This document shows, piece after piece, positions 9,940 to 19,075 of a stretch of DNA of 64,000 bases. This DNA comes from Spirochaetia bacterium (GTDB lineage: Bacteria; Spirochaetota; Spirochaetia; DSM-2461): contig OY764216.1 in the NCBI GenBank assembly GCA_963668315.1, forward strand, positions 800,001 to 864,000. The letters are read 5' to 3'. The position numbers and the translations under genes are program-made. The notes under the pieces are model-generated. The model did not search any database. It worked only from the letters and a program-made list of their open reading frames with translations, and was not told the origin of the DNA. Positions within the stretch are counted from its first letter, which is position 1, and every line of letters starts with the position of its first letter.

Positions 9940-11034
9940 CTATAGATTGTTCTGGATCTGGCTGATCCGGTTATTGAGAAAGTCCGTCAGGTAGGTTTCC
10001 TGATCAAGAAAGGTCTGGTAATCGTAACGGCGATTGTGATCATAATAGATGGCTCTGTCTATTTCGGACATATACGCCGGGATCCGCGCGATCAAATCGT
10101 CCTTCGTGAAATCTCGTAATATCTCTTCATAGCGCGTTTTTACGGGGGAGCCGTCTATGAGGAGACGGGCATGGAGCCGGCTATACTCATTGTCCCGGCT
10201 ATCGGTATAGAGGGATTTGTCGTTGTCCCAGGGGAGAAGCGTATACTTCCCGTCTATGAAGGCGATATAATAATTGAACAAGGCCGTTTCATTAACCTTG
10301 AGTATGGTATGGGCCGCGCAGTATTGAGCCGTCCCTTCCACATCGAAATTATCCGCCACCCACAGATTCCAGGCGTCGTCATCCAGTTCCAGGAATGTGA
10401 TGATCAGAGAGTTCAGGCTTGTGAAGTCATCATTGTCGGGGTATTTCTTTTCCGTCTGACTCTGGAGGGGATGTTCGTCCCCGAAGGCATTGTTATCCTG
10501 GAATTCGCAGAAATGGCATTTGTAAAGTTCCAGTTTATCGGCGGAGTAAAAATCTTTGAGAACATCTCCGTCATAGATCGTTATTTTGTCGTAGTGGCCA
10601 AGGTATTCTCCATTCAGGAAAAGCGCCGTCGGTTCGACTTCGGGGGCGGGGATTCCCATCTCCCTGTATAAACTAAAGGCCAGCCGGTTGCGTATTCCCG
10701 ATTCATCATCATAACAGGCGACGAAAGCAAACTTAACATCATTTCCGCCGGTGTCCGTTTTCCTGATGGTGAATGAACGCTTGTAGCTCTGGCGGGTGGA
10801 AAATCCCCGGGACCTGATCCAGGCATGAAAGGTGCCCTCATCGTCTTCCATCAGGCAATGGGTATAAGCGCTGTCGTAATTGTCCGACTCCTTAAGGTAT
10901 TGAATCTCCTCGTCATCCATGGAAAGATAGACATTGGTGATGCCGGCTATCGCGGGACGGTCCCTATCGAGCATACCGCATCCGGTCACGAGGATAATAA
11001 GGGGAAGCAGCATAAGGGGCAGGCCGGACTTCAT
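9940..11034 (-). CDS. CotH-family kinase-like lipoprotein
   Basis: LVTGC lipobox; RGFST...KRSF, IRNRLA..L...G.PAP, LNGEYLG.Y, NYY, PWDND. Confidence 0.8.
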   Translation of the reverse strand: MKSGLPLMLLPLIILVTGCGMLDRDRPAIAGITNVYLSMDDEEIQYLKESDNYDSAYTHCLMEDDEGTFHAWIRSRGFSTRQSYKRSFTIRKTDTGGNDVKFAFVACYDDESGIRNRLAFSLYREMGIPAPEVEPTALFLNGEYLGHYDKITIYDGDVLKDFYSADKLELYKCHFCEFQDNNAFGDEHPLQSQTEKKYPDNDDFTSLNSLIITFLELDDDAWNLWVADNFDVEGTAQYCAAHTILKVNETALFNYYIAFIDGKYTLLPWDNDKSLYTDSRDNEYSRLHARLLIDGSPVKTRYEEILRDFTKDDLIARIPAYMSEIDRAIYYDHNRRYDYQTFLDQETYLTDFLNNRISQIQNNL

Positions 11035-11105
11035 GATGTTATTGTAAGTTTTTCCCCAAAAAGAGCCAAGGGGCTATCCGGTAATCATGATTTCGCCTAA
11101 TATAA

Positions 11106-11633
11106 ATGCAAGAATCTGACCTATTCGTCTCCCAAAGGAAAGCCTTGATGGATTTTTTATCCCAGTTATTCGCCTTCGATCTGGAATTCAATCTGCAGTT
11201 ACTCATCAGATTTATCATAAATCTCGTCGTCATTACACTGCTGATCACCTGCATCTATTCTCCGGTTAAGAAGAAGAAGGAATACCTGTTTGTTTTCTTT
11301 AACTTCAATATCCTCATTTTCTTCATTGCCAGCCTTCTGAGTAAAATCAAAATGGAAACGGGTTTCGCCTTCGGCCTTTTCGCCATCTTCTCCATTATCC
11401 GCTACCGGACGAAGCAGATTCCCATCAAGGAGATGACCTTTCTGTTTATCTCCATTATCCTGGCCACGATAAACTCCACCGTGACCATCGAGATCGACTT
11501 TCTCACGATTCTCATGGCGAACGTGATGATTCTTCTTTCCAGTTATGTCATGGAGAAAATCTGGCTGCCCCCCGTGGATTCGGAAGAAGAGACCGAGGTG
11601 AGGGAAGAGAAAAACGGCGAATCAGACGCTTAG
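11106..11633 (+). CDS. DUF4956-family membrane protein (start may be 11148)
   Basis: GFAFGLFAIFSIIRYRT..I.IKEMTFLF signature; multiple TM segments. Confidence 0.8.
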   Translation: MQESDLFVSQRKALMDFLSQLFAFDLEFNLQLLIRFIINLVVITLLITCIYSPVKKKKEYLFVFFNFNILIFFIASLLSKIKMETGFAFGLFAIFSIIRYRTKQIPIKEMTFLFISIILATINSTVTIEIDFLTILMANVMILLSSYVMEKIWLPPVDSEEETEVREEKNGESDA

Positions 11634-12683
11634 GGCGTAAATCAGGCTTGTCCGGCTGTCAACGCCGACCTTATTATAGATATTCCAGATATGCTTTTTC
11701 ACCGTGGAAAGGCTGATCCGCAAGGTCTCCGAGATCGTTTTGTTGCTGTATCCCTTGTAAAGGCAATCCAGGATTTCCCGCTCCCGAGTCGTAAGACTGT
11801 AAACATTGACTATCTTGTCATAATCCAGAAGAGAATCGTTTTCACCGAAATCCTCCTTAAGCTGAATGGTTATGGCCGGGATATCGACGGGCAGATAGGA
11901 GAACTCCTCCGTGGCGGTTTTGGAAAATTCCAGCCGGTAGTTTTTATCGGGAGTCTTAACGGGGAAGGTTCCCGTGGAATCGGGAAGGTTGTTCAATACG
12001 GAGAGGAACGTCCGTTCAAAGATCCGAGAAAAGGGACGATCCCCCGTGAGCGGCGTATCCCAGAACCTTTCTCCCGTGTTGCGAATTAATACATCCTTAA
12101 GAAGCTCCCCGCAGGAGAGGATATGCCCTTCCCTGTCCAGATAAGCCTGATTGGTTTCGGGCGGGGGCTGCCGGAAGGAGCGGATGAAATTTTCCGTCAG
12201 ATAGGAAGAGAGGAAGTCGAAGGTCTGCAGGTCTTCCCTCTGATACTCCGGTCTGTTTATCCCGGCCCGGGCGATGGCGGTGAAACCGCAGAGGCGCTCC
12301 GTCAGGGTAAAGGGGATGTAGAGGCAGTCGGACACGGGGCGGACTTGCTGGAGGGGTGTGAAAAAGTCCCTGTGCTTCGGATCGCTCATATCGGCTATCC
12401 GGTTGTAGCTCACGGGGGATTTGCCGTTCATCATGAAATCCTGAAGAACATCCTTGGACTGCAGAGGGAGGTATACATCGTTGAAATCTCCGGGATTATT
12501 GGAAAAATAGTAGGTCTGATCCGAGTGCTTGTTGGGGAAAAGTATGGTGGCGAAATAGTGGCTGTCCAGAATCCGGCAGATCAGATCGGCCTGTTCCTTC
12601 AGAAAAGAGTCACTTAAATTTTCCGAGAAACTATGAGCGATAAATTCTTTTACATAGGGGATTTTACTTTCTTCAATTTTCAT
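11622..12683 (-). CDS. LuxR-family regulator with N-terminal putative sensor domain
   Basis: C-terminal LTTREREIL...GYSNKTI...L.IS..TVKKH..NIY.K.GV.SR. Confidence 0.85.
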   Translation of the reverse strand: MKIEESKIPYVKEFIAHSFSENLSDSFLKEQADLICRILDSHYFATILFPNKHSDQTYYFSNNPGDFNDVYLPLQSKDVLQDFMMNGKSPVSYNRIADMSDPKHRDFFTPLQQVRPVSDCLYIPFTLTERLCGFTAIARAGINRPEYQREDLQTFDFLSSYLTENFIRSFRQPPPETNQAYLDREGHILSCGELLKDVLIRNTGERFWDTPLTGDRPFSRIFERTFLSVLNNLPDSTGTFPVKTPDKNYRLEFSKTATEEFSYLPVDIPAITIQLKEDFGENDSLLDYDKIVNVYSLTTREREILDCLYKGYSNKTISETLRISLSTVKKHIWNIYNKVGVDSRTSLIYALSV

Positions 12684-12744
12684 TACTAAAATTATATATC
12701 CTTTTCTCTATTTAACTGAAAAAAGGGGAAAATTCCGGGGATTT

Positions 12745-12764
12745 TATAGAACTTTAGTTCTATA
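12745..12764. promoter_or_regulatory. Candidate LuxR-type operator
   Basis: Perfect 9-2-9 palindrome TATAGAACT-TT-AGTTCTATA between divergent luxR and lipoprotein genes. Confidence 0.55.
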
Positions 12765-12865
12765 TACACGATGCTGGATGTTTTTTTAGTATATCACATG
12801 TGAAGAATATGTAGAAATGTACATATTAATGACAAAATTTATTTACATCGATTCCCGGAGGGTAT

Positions 12866-14581
12866 ATGAAAAAGATTTTAGGTCTGATAGCGGCTTTACT
12901 CCTGATTTTTGCGTCATGTGAAGATCCGGCCAACTCAAGTGGCGGCGGAGATGATGAAAAGCTTTATGTGGGTACGTGGTATGCTGTAAGCGGTTCAAAT
13001 ATTTATACCGCGGAGATTAAAAGCGATGGTACTTTCAGCTATTATGAATCGGAAGAGGACGAATGGACGACCGGAACGTATAGAGTCGTAGATAGTACAA
13101 TCACTCTTATAAATGATGGAGAAACGAATGAAGGGGTTTATACCCTTACGGTGACCGATGAAACCATGAGTTTTTCCCTGGTGAGTGATTCGGATACGGA
13201 AAGAAGCAATATTGCTCTGTTGAGCTGGTCAAAAACCAATCCGAACGCCGTCTACACGGTAAGCGGTACGGTTACGGTTCCCGATGAGGCCGCAGGAAAA
13301 CATTATGCCGCCACTCTTGTTAATGATTCGGAAAGCATATACTTAAAGGATCAGGGAACGGTCAGCGGAACAACGCTCAGTTTCTCCATAAGCGATGTTA
13401 AGGCAAATGACTTTCAATTTCTTCTCGTCGTAGATATGGACGGTTCCTGGGGCGGTGATGCCGGTATAAATTGGGATGTAATGACCGAAGGCGACTATTA
13501 TGCTATGAAGGCCGATCTCCCGGTAAATCAGGATCTGGCCCTATCCGGATTAACCCTGGCAGAATACGATGATGAGCTTGTGGACGGCGATCTCGTCGGA
13601 TCCTGGTATAGAGCGGTTGATTGTGAACTTTTTGTTCTTTCTATCTATGGAGACGGAACGGCGGCATGCACCGTTTATCAGGATACCGAAGAGGAAAGGG
13701 TAAATTATGAATCGGACGGATCGGAAATTACGATTTGGGAAGACGGAGATTCCGAAGCGGATTATGGTACTTACGCATATGCGTTATCCGACGGGGAACT
13801 GATATTTACACTGAATAGTGATTCAGATACAGACCGAAGCGCCGTTGTTGCCGGAACGTGGACATCGGTTATGCCGGCAGTTTACGAAGTAAGCGGCACC
13901 ATCGCTCTCCCTTCCGATGCCACCGGGAAGAAATACTATGTCGGCATCGATTCCAATGACGACGGCGGCGACGGAATGAACTACATTACCGGTACCGTCA
14001 GCGGAAGCACCATCGACTATAGCGTAGGCGGGATTCCCGCCGGGACGTACTTCATGCACCTCGTCGTGGATGTGGACGATTCCTGGGGCGATGAAGAGGC
14101 AGGACCCGTGGCCAATGGAGACTACTGGGCCTTCTACGGTATGACCGGCGGAAATCCCCCCGAATCGGCGACCCTGGTCATCGACGGTGACAGAACGGTT
14201 GATTTGACGGCGGTGACCTTTGTCTCTGAGACCGGAGAAGGTACAAATACGGTAAGCGGTACGATCACCCTGCCCGTTTCGGTGAGTGAAAAGACCTATT
14301 ATATCTGTCTTGATACGAATTTGAACGGGGATGATGGAATGGAAGGTTTTCTTTCAGAACAGGTGACCGGAACTTCTATTAACTACTCGTTTTCCAACGT
14401 TTCCGATGGAACCTATTACCTCTATGCGATTGTCGACATGGATGGTTCCGGTGAAGGAATTTCTTCGGGGGACTACTGGATGTTCAACGGGATGGTCAAT
14501 TCGAATCCTTCCACCGCGGAGAGTATTGACGTTGCCGGAGATGTGTCTGTCGACATGACTCTGGAAGCTTATACGGGCTGA
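12866..14581 (+). CDS. Acidic modular lipoprotein (two lipocalin-like and three beta-sandwich-like repeats)
   Basis: IFASC lipobox; A modules begin VGTWY/VGSWY, B modules begin VSGT and contain VD.D.S...GDY; SD GGAGG. Confidence 0.7.
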   Translation: MKKILGLIAALLLIFASCEDPANSSGGGDDEKLYVGTWYAVSGSNIYTAEIKSDGTFSYYESEEDEWTTGTYRVVDSTITLINDGETNEGVYTLTVTDETMSFSLVSDSDTERSNIALLSWSKTNPNAVYTVSGTVTVPDEAAGKHYAATLVNDSESIYLKDQGTVSGTTLSFSISDVKANDFQFLLVVDMDGSWGGDAGINWDVMTEGDYYAMKADLPVNQDLALSGLTLAEYDDELVDGDLVGSWYRAVDCELFVLSIYGDGTAACTVYQDTEEERVNYESDGSEITIWEDGDSEADYGTYAYALSDGELIFTLNSDSDTDRSAVVAGTWTSVMPAVYEVSGTIALPSDATGKKYYVGIDSNDDGGDGMNYITGTVSGSTIDYSVGGIPAGTYFMHLVVDVDDSWGDEEAGPVANGDYWAFYGMTGGNPPESATLVIDGDRTVDLTAVTFVSETGEGTNTVSGTITLPVSVSEKTYYICLDTNLNGDDGMEGFLSEQVTGTSINYSFSNVSDGTYYLYAIVDMDGSGEGISSGDYWMFNGMVNSNPSTAESIDVAGDVSVDMTLEAYTG

Positions 14582-14587
14582 TCTCTC

Positions 14588-14616
14588 TTGCAAACAACGC
14601 CATGTGGCGCTATACT
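14588..14616 (+). promoter_or_regulatory. TA operon promoter with operator in the spacer
   Basis: TTGCAA-17 bp-TATACT; CGCCA-TG-TGGCG at 14598-14609; SD AGGAGG before 14636. Confidence 0.65.
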
Positions 14617-14635
14617 GTAAAGACAGGAGGCGCCT

Positions 14636-15040
14636 ATGGCTTTGACAGAGATTTTACAGACGCAGAAGGAACTCAGTCCCGAGGAGTGCCGCCGTCTATT
14701 GGACGAGGGCATCCGCAAGGAGCAGTTCCTTCAGATTGCCAAAGCCGTGGCCAGCGTGAATCTGCTGACCCGGATAGCCGGCATAAGCACGCGTTCCCTG
14801 TCCCGTATCAAAGCGCAGGAAACGATCCCCGACCATGCCGCCGAAGTGGTCCTGTCTCTGATCCGGATTCTTTTGAAGGGAGCGGAGGTGTTCGGCGGTG
14901 TGGAGGAGACCGGCCTCTGGCTCAACAGGCCCAACCGGGCCCTCCGCGATGTTATTCCCCTGGAGATGCTTAAAAGCCGATTCGGCGCGGAAGAGGTAAT
15001 GGATGTCCTTGTTCGTCTGGAACACGGCGTCTATTCCTGA
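14636..15040 (+). CDS. Xre/MbcA/ParS-type antitoxin
   Basis: HTH-like middle, VFG....WL.RPN.AL....PLE.L....G.EEV...L.R.EHGVYS C-terminus. Confidence 0.9.
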   Translation: MALTEILQTQKELSPEECRRLLDEGIRKEQFLQIAKAVASVNLLTRIAGISTRSLSRIKAQETIPDHAAEVVLSLIRILLKGAEVFGGVEETGLWLNRPNRALRDVIPLEMLKSRFGAEEVMDVLVRLEHGVYS

Positions 15041-15525
15041 TGATTGTCTACCGTATTTCCCAGGAAAAATGGGTCCGTGATCTTTCCGGGCGGGGGGCCG
15101 AGATCGCCGGCGGGCGATGGAACCATAAGGGATATCCCGCCGTTTATACCTCCTGTTCCCTGGCCCTTTGCGTCTGCGAAATTCTTGTCCATACCGATTC
15201 CGACCTGCCGCCGGTGAACATGCACAGGGCCAGGCTGGATATTCCCGACAATCTGATCAATGAGGATCTGCGGGATTTCGACTGGACCGGCGATTCCAGG
15301 AAAATCGGGACCGAATGGCTGAAGACGCAGGATCGCCCGGCTCTGCTGGTGCCGTCCATTGTGGTTCCCAGCGAGTTCAATCTGCTCTTGAATCCCCGCC
15401 ATCGGGATATTTTCCGGGTGAAATTACTCGATTCCCAACCCTTTGCCTTCGATCCCCGTTTCTTTTCTGAAAAAGAGCCTGAAAAACCCATCGATCTGGA
15501 CAATATTCTTACTTTTCTGCCCTGA
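15040..15525 (+). CDS. RES-domain toxin
   Basis: VYR, GGRWN, YTS, E, LLVPS, N.LLNP.H; TGATG coupling to antitoxin. Confidence 0.9.
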   Translation: MIVYRISQEKWVRDLSGRGAEIAGGRWNHKGYPAVYTSCSLALCVCEILVHTDSDLPPVNMHRARLDIPDNLINEDLRDFDWTGDSRKIGTEWLKTQDRPALLVPSIVVPSEFNLLLNPRHRDIFRVKLLDSQPFAFDPRFFSEKEPEKPIDLDNILTFLP

Positions 15526-15586
15526 CTCCCTGTTCGCGGGGTTTTCACGTAAGACGTAATCTCCCTTTTGCTATATAATAGCTCCG

Positions 15587-17029
15587 ATGGTCGTTAAACT
15601 CGCTCTGCGCAACGCTCTGCGACACGGTAAAAGCTCCCTTTTGATTCTCTTTTTCATGACGGCGGTGGGCATGGTCTTTATGGGGGGGAATTCCCTTCTG
15701 GTCTCCGTCAACCGCTCCATGCGGGAGGGATTCCGCGACTATCTGACGGCCGACGGAGTCATCCTGTCCCCGACCGAAGAGCCCATGTCTCTCTTCGGTG
15801 CTTCCGCCCCCTCCCTGGGGGATTTTTACACCCTTCCCACTTTAAAGCACCGACATGAGATGGAGAGCCTGATAGAAGGCCGGGGGATGGTTTCCACCCC
15901 TTTGATTTCAGGCTCGGCTCTGATGGAAGCTTCCGGGTTCAGCAGGGGAATCCCCTTTTTCGGGATAGATCCCGAATCCTACTTCTCCCTTTTTCCCGAG
16001 GCGGAGATGACAGGGGGACAGAGGGACTTTTCCGGTTCCGGCGCGTTGGTCTCCCAGGCCCTGGCGGAAGAGTGGGAGAAAGAGACGGGAACACCCCTCA
16101 GACCGGGGGATTTTGTGAAATTCAGTACTCTCGGGGATATCGGCTTTACCATAAGGCTTGTGCCCGTGGCGGGGATATACCGTTTTCCCTATGCCCATCC
16201 CCTTATCGATTCCCTGGTGCTTCTGGACGGGAAGACCGCCCGCGATCTGGTCCGGGTTCTGGCCGATCAGACGAAGGATACATCCCCCGAAGAGGCCAGC
16301 GATCTCTTCGATAGGGACCTGGACGATCTGTTTTCTGAAGATTTCGCTGCGGCCGACGGGGAGGAGGGAGAAGATATCCTCTCCTCTCTGGATGCTCTTT
16401 TTGACGAACCTCTGCCCGACCCTCCTTCCGATCCCCTGGAGGGAAGCTGGCATTTTCTGCTTGTCCGCTTTGCCCGGCCGGGGCAGTACGGCCGACAGCT
16501 GGGAGAGCTGGAAGCTCTTGTCTCCGATTACCCCTCGCAGGTTCTGAACTGGCGTCAGGCTGCCGGTACCACCGCCGGGTACGCCCATTTTATCCAGCTC
16601 TTTTTTTACGGCGGATTCGCCCTGATTCTCCTGGCCGGCGTTCTGGGCATCGTGAATATTATGCTTATCAGTCTGTTCCAGAGAACCGTGGAAATAGGGA
16701 CGATTCAGGCGCTGGGGGGAACCTTCGGATTTATCCGGCGCCTTCTCGGGCTGGAATACTTCTCCCTCTCCCTGGCAGGGGGTGCCTTAAGCCTGATTAT
16801 GTCCCGGATTCTTTTTCTCTTTCTGAACAGCCGGGAGATCGTTTTAAGGAATTCCCTTTTAAATCTCGTATTCGGAGGCAGGGCTCTCTTTTTTCCCTTT
16901 ACCCCGGGACTGGCCGGAGTGACATTGATTCTCTGCCTGCTGACCGGCTGGGTCTCCTCCCTCTACCCCATAGGAAAAGCCCTGGCCCTCCCTCCGGTGG
17001 ATGCCTTGAAGGGAGGGAATCTTGAATAA
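15587..17029 (+). CDS. FtsX/MacB/LolC-E-type ABC permease
   Basis: LALRNALR N-terminus, large periplasmic domain, R..EIGT..ALG, 4-TM layout. Confidence 0.85.
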   Translation: MVVKLALRNALRHGKSSLLILFFMTAVGMVFMGGNSLLVSVNRSMREGFRDYLTADGVILSPTEEPMSLFGASAPSLGDFYTLPTLKHRHEMESLIEGRGMVSTPLISGSALMEASGFSRGIPFFGIDPESYFSLFPEAEMTGGQRDFSGSGALVSQALAEEWEKETGTPLRPGDFVKFSTLGDIGFTIRLVPVAGIYRFPYAHPLIDSLVLLDGKTARDLVRVLADQTKDTSPEEASDLFDRDLDDLFSEDFAAADGEEGEDILSSLDALFDEPLPDPPSDPLEGSWHFLLVRFARPGQYGRQLGELEALVSDYPSQVLNWRQAAGTTAGYAHFIQLFFYGGFALILLAGVLGIVNIMLISLFQRTVEIGTIQALGGTFGFIRRLLGLEYFSLSLAGGALSLIMSRILFLFLNSREIVLRNSLLNLVFGGRALFFPFTPGLAGVTLILCLLTGWVSSLYPIGKALALPPVDALKGGNLE

Positions 17030-18317
17030 GCGCAGTCTGTTCATTATGGGATACCGCAACCTTCTGCGGCACAGACAGAAGCAGTTCTTTCTGACCGCCG
17101 CCCTGACTCTCTGTTTTGCTCTCATTTCCCTTCTTTCCCTTGTTTCCGAAGGGATGAACCGCAATGTGACCGATTCTTCCCGGGTCCACTACGGGGGAGA
17201 TCTTTTCCTCGTCGGATTCTACGGGGATAACCGTGACAGGCCCGCCTGGGCTGACCGGCCGGAAACCCTTTTTGCCCTGGCGGAGGATGTGCCCGGAACG
17301 GCCGCTCCCCGGAGCCAGCTTTTCCGAAAGGGCTGGCTCTATTTCAACGGACGTCCCCAGCTCCTGAAGAACGTCATCGGGCTGGATTACGGAACAGAGA
17401 AGAGCTGGCTGAGCCGTTATGACGTGGCGGAAGGTGATATGGATCTTCTGGATTCCCCGGGCTCGGTGGTGCTCTCCTCTGCCCTGGCCGAGATCATGAA
17501 TCTTCACGCGGGGGACGGGGTCATTCTGAAAACGACCAATCCCCGCGGGCAGGTCAACACGGGTGATTTCACCGTGGCGGCACTCATTCATGACGATACC
17601 CTGCTGGGGTACTACCGCCTCTTCATGGACAGGAGGGATTTGAACGGCCTGATGGGGTGGAGTGAGGATGAATTCAGCTCTCTGGGAATATACCTGGATA
17701 ATCCGGACAAGGCTGATTTATGGGCGGAAACGCTTTACGGGAGGCTAAGCCAAGAGCTTCCCTCGGGAGAGCCTGTCTACACCCGGGACGACTATTACCG
17801 GGAGACGGGGAAAAGCTGGACGGGGGTACGGTATTTCGCCTATGCCCTGAGCGTATATGTTTCCGATGTGGCCGACCTTCTGACGGCGATGGATCTGGTA
17901 TCCTACTTCATCTATCTGATGATGCTCCTCATAACCTTTGTCTCCGTGCTGGTCACCTACCGTATCCTTCTCCATGACCGCAGCCGGGAGCTGGCCGTTT
18001 TTCAGGCCGTGGGGATGACCGGAAGACAGATGGAGGGGATGCTTTTCATCGAGATTCTTCTCCTGCTGCTGGTCTCTCTGGCGGCGGGAACGGTTCTCTC
18101 CTTTCTCATGCTCTGGGGGATGAGGGGATTCTCCTTCGAGGATATCCAGGGGTTCGGGATTTTTCTGAATCGGGGAAATTTGACGGGGAGATTTGTTTTT
18201 TCCCGATTTTGCTTTAATATTAGTGTTATTCTTGCCGGCGTACTGATCCCCGTATGGCTTTTGGTACGCCATGAAGTCAGAAGGCCTCTGGCCCTGACTC
18301 TTAAGGGAGAAAAATGA
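17022..18317 (+). CDS. FtsX/MacB/LolC-E-type ABC permease
   Basis: GYRNLLRH, R.RELA...AVG; TTG start with SD GGAGG. Confidence 0.85.
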   Translation: MNKRSLFIMGYRNLLRHRQKQFFLTAALTLCFALISLLSLVSEGMNRNVTDSSRVHYGGDLFLVGFYGDNRDRPAWADRPETLFALAEDVPGTAAPRSQLFRKGWLYFNGRPQLLKNVIGLDYGTEKSWLSRYDVAEGDMDLLDSPGSVVLSSALAEIMNLHAGDGVILKTTNPRGQVNTGDFTVAALIHDDTLLGYYRLFMDRRDLNGLMGWSEDEFSSLGIYLDNPDKADLWAETLYGRLSQELPSGEPVYTRDDYYRETGKSWTGVRYFAYALSVYVSDVADLLTAMDLVSYFIYLMMLLITFVSVLVTYRILLHDRSRELAVFQAVGMTGRQMEGMLFIEILLLLLVSLAAGTVLSFLMLWGMRGFSFEDIQGFGIFLNRGNLTGRFVFSRFCFNISVILAGVLIPVWLLVRHEVRRPLALTLKGEK

Positions 18318-19075
18318 GAAAAATACTCTTTGCTGCTTTTTTACTATACATGACAAGCTTTCTGTTCGCCGTGGACTTTCAGGCGCTTCTGGCCGAGGCG
18401 GACAGGCTGGTCAATTATCCCGCCACCGATTTTCAGGCCCGCTATACCATTGTTCAGGATAAACCCGGCGAAGGCCGTATCACCACGGTCGCTTCCGTTT
18501 TCAGACGGGACCGCTCCGAGACATACACCATTGTCATAGAAGATCCGGCGGAGAACCGGGGCCAGGGATATCTGAAGCAGGGAGAGACCCTGTGGGTTTA
18601 CGATCCCGAATCGCGCCAATTCAACTCCACCAGCTCCTCCGAGCGTTTTCAGAATACCAACGCCCGCAATTCCGATTTTACCCGATCCACCCTGGCTCAG
18701 GATTACAGGGTGACCGGTTCGGAGCAGGTGGCCCTGGGCCGCTATAACTGCTGGCTTCTGGATCTGGAAGGTGTTGTGGATAACCTCACCTATCCGAAAA
18801 TGAAAATCTGGATTGATGAGGACCATCTTGTCAGGAAGACCGAAGACTACAGTCTTTCCGGGCGTCTTCTGCGCAGTTCCGTTTTTCCCTCCTACCATGA
18901 GCTGAACGGGCTTTACGTCCCCTATAAAGTTCTCTATGTGGACCAGCTGGAAGGGGCTATGGTCAACGGGAAATTTCAGCAGGAAAAGACCCAGGTCACC
19001 ATTGAGAATCCTTCTTTGACCGATCTGCCCGATTCGGTATTTTCCAAATCCTTCCTGGAGCGGGTAAGCCATTGA
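18314..19075 (+). CDS. LolA-like outer-membrane lipoprotein-sorting family protein
   Basis: Signal peptide; P....GQGYL..G..LW.Y.P, Y.K...W.D, YSLSG.L, LPDS.F. Confidence 0.75.
   Translation: MRKILFAAFLLYMTSFLFAVDFQALLAEADRLVNYPATDFQARYTIVQDKPGEGRITTVASVFRRDRSETYTIVIEDPAENRGQGYLKQGETLWVYDPESRQFNSTSSSERFQNTNARNSDFTRSTLAQDYRVTGSEQVALGRYNCWLLDLEGVVDNLTYPKMKIWIDEDHLVRKTEDYSLSGRLLRSSVFPSYHELNGLYVPYKVLYVDQLEGAMVNGKFQQEKTQVTIENPSLTDLPDSVFSKSFLERVSH

Noticed and set aside
11622..15525. luxR-lipoprotein-TA block as a second repeat-bounded islet
   Set aside because: No flanking direct or inverted repeats found at either junction by eye
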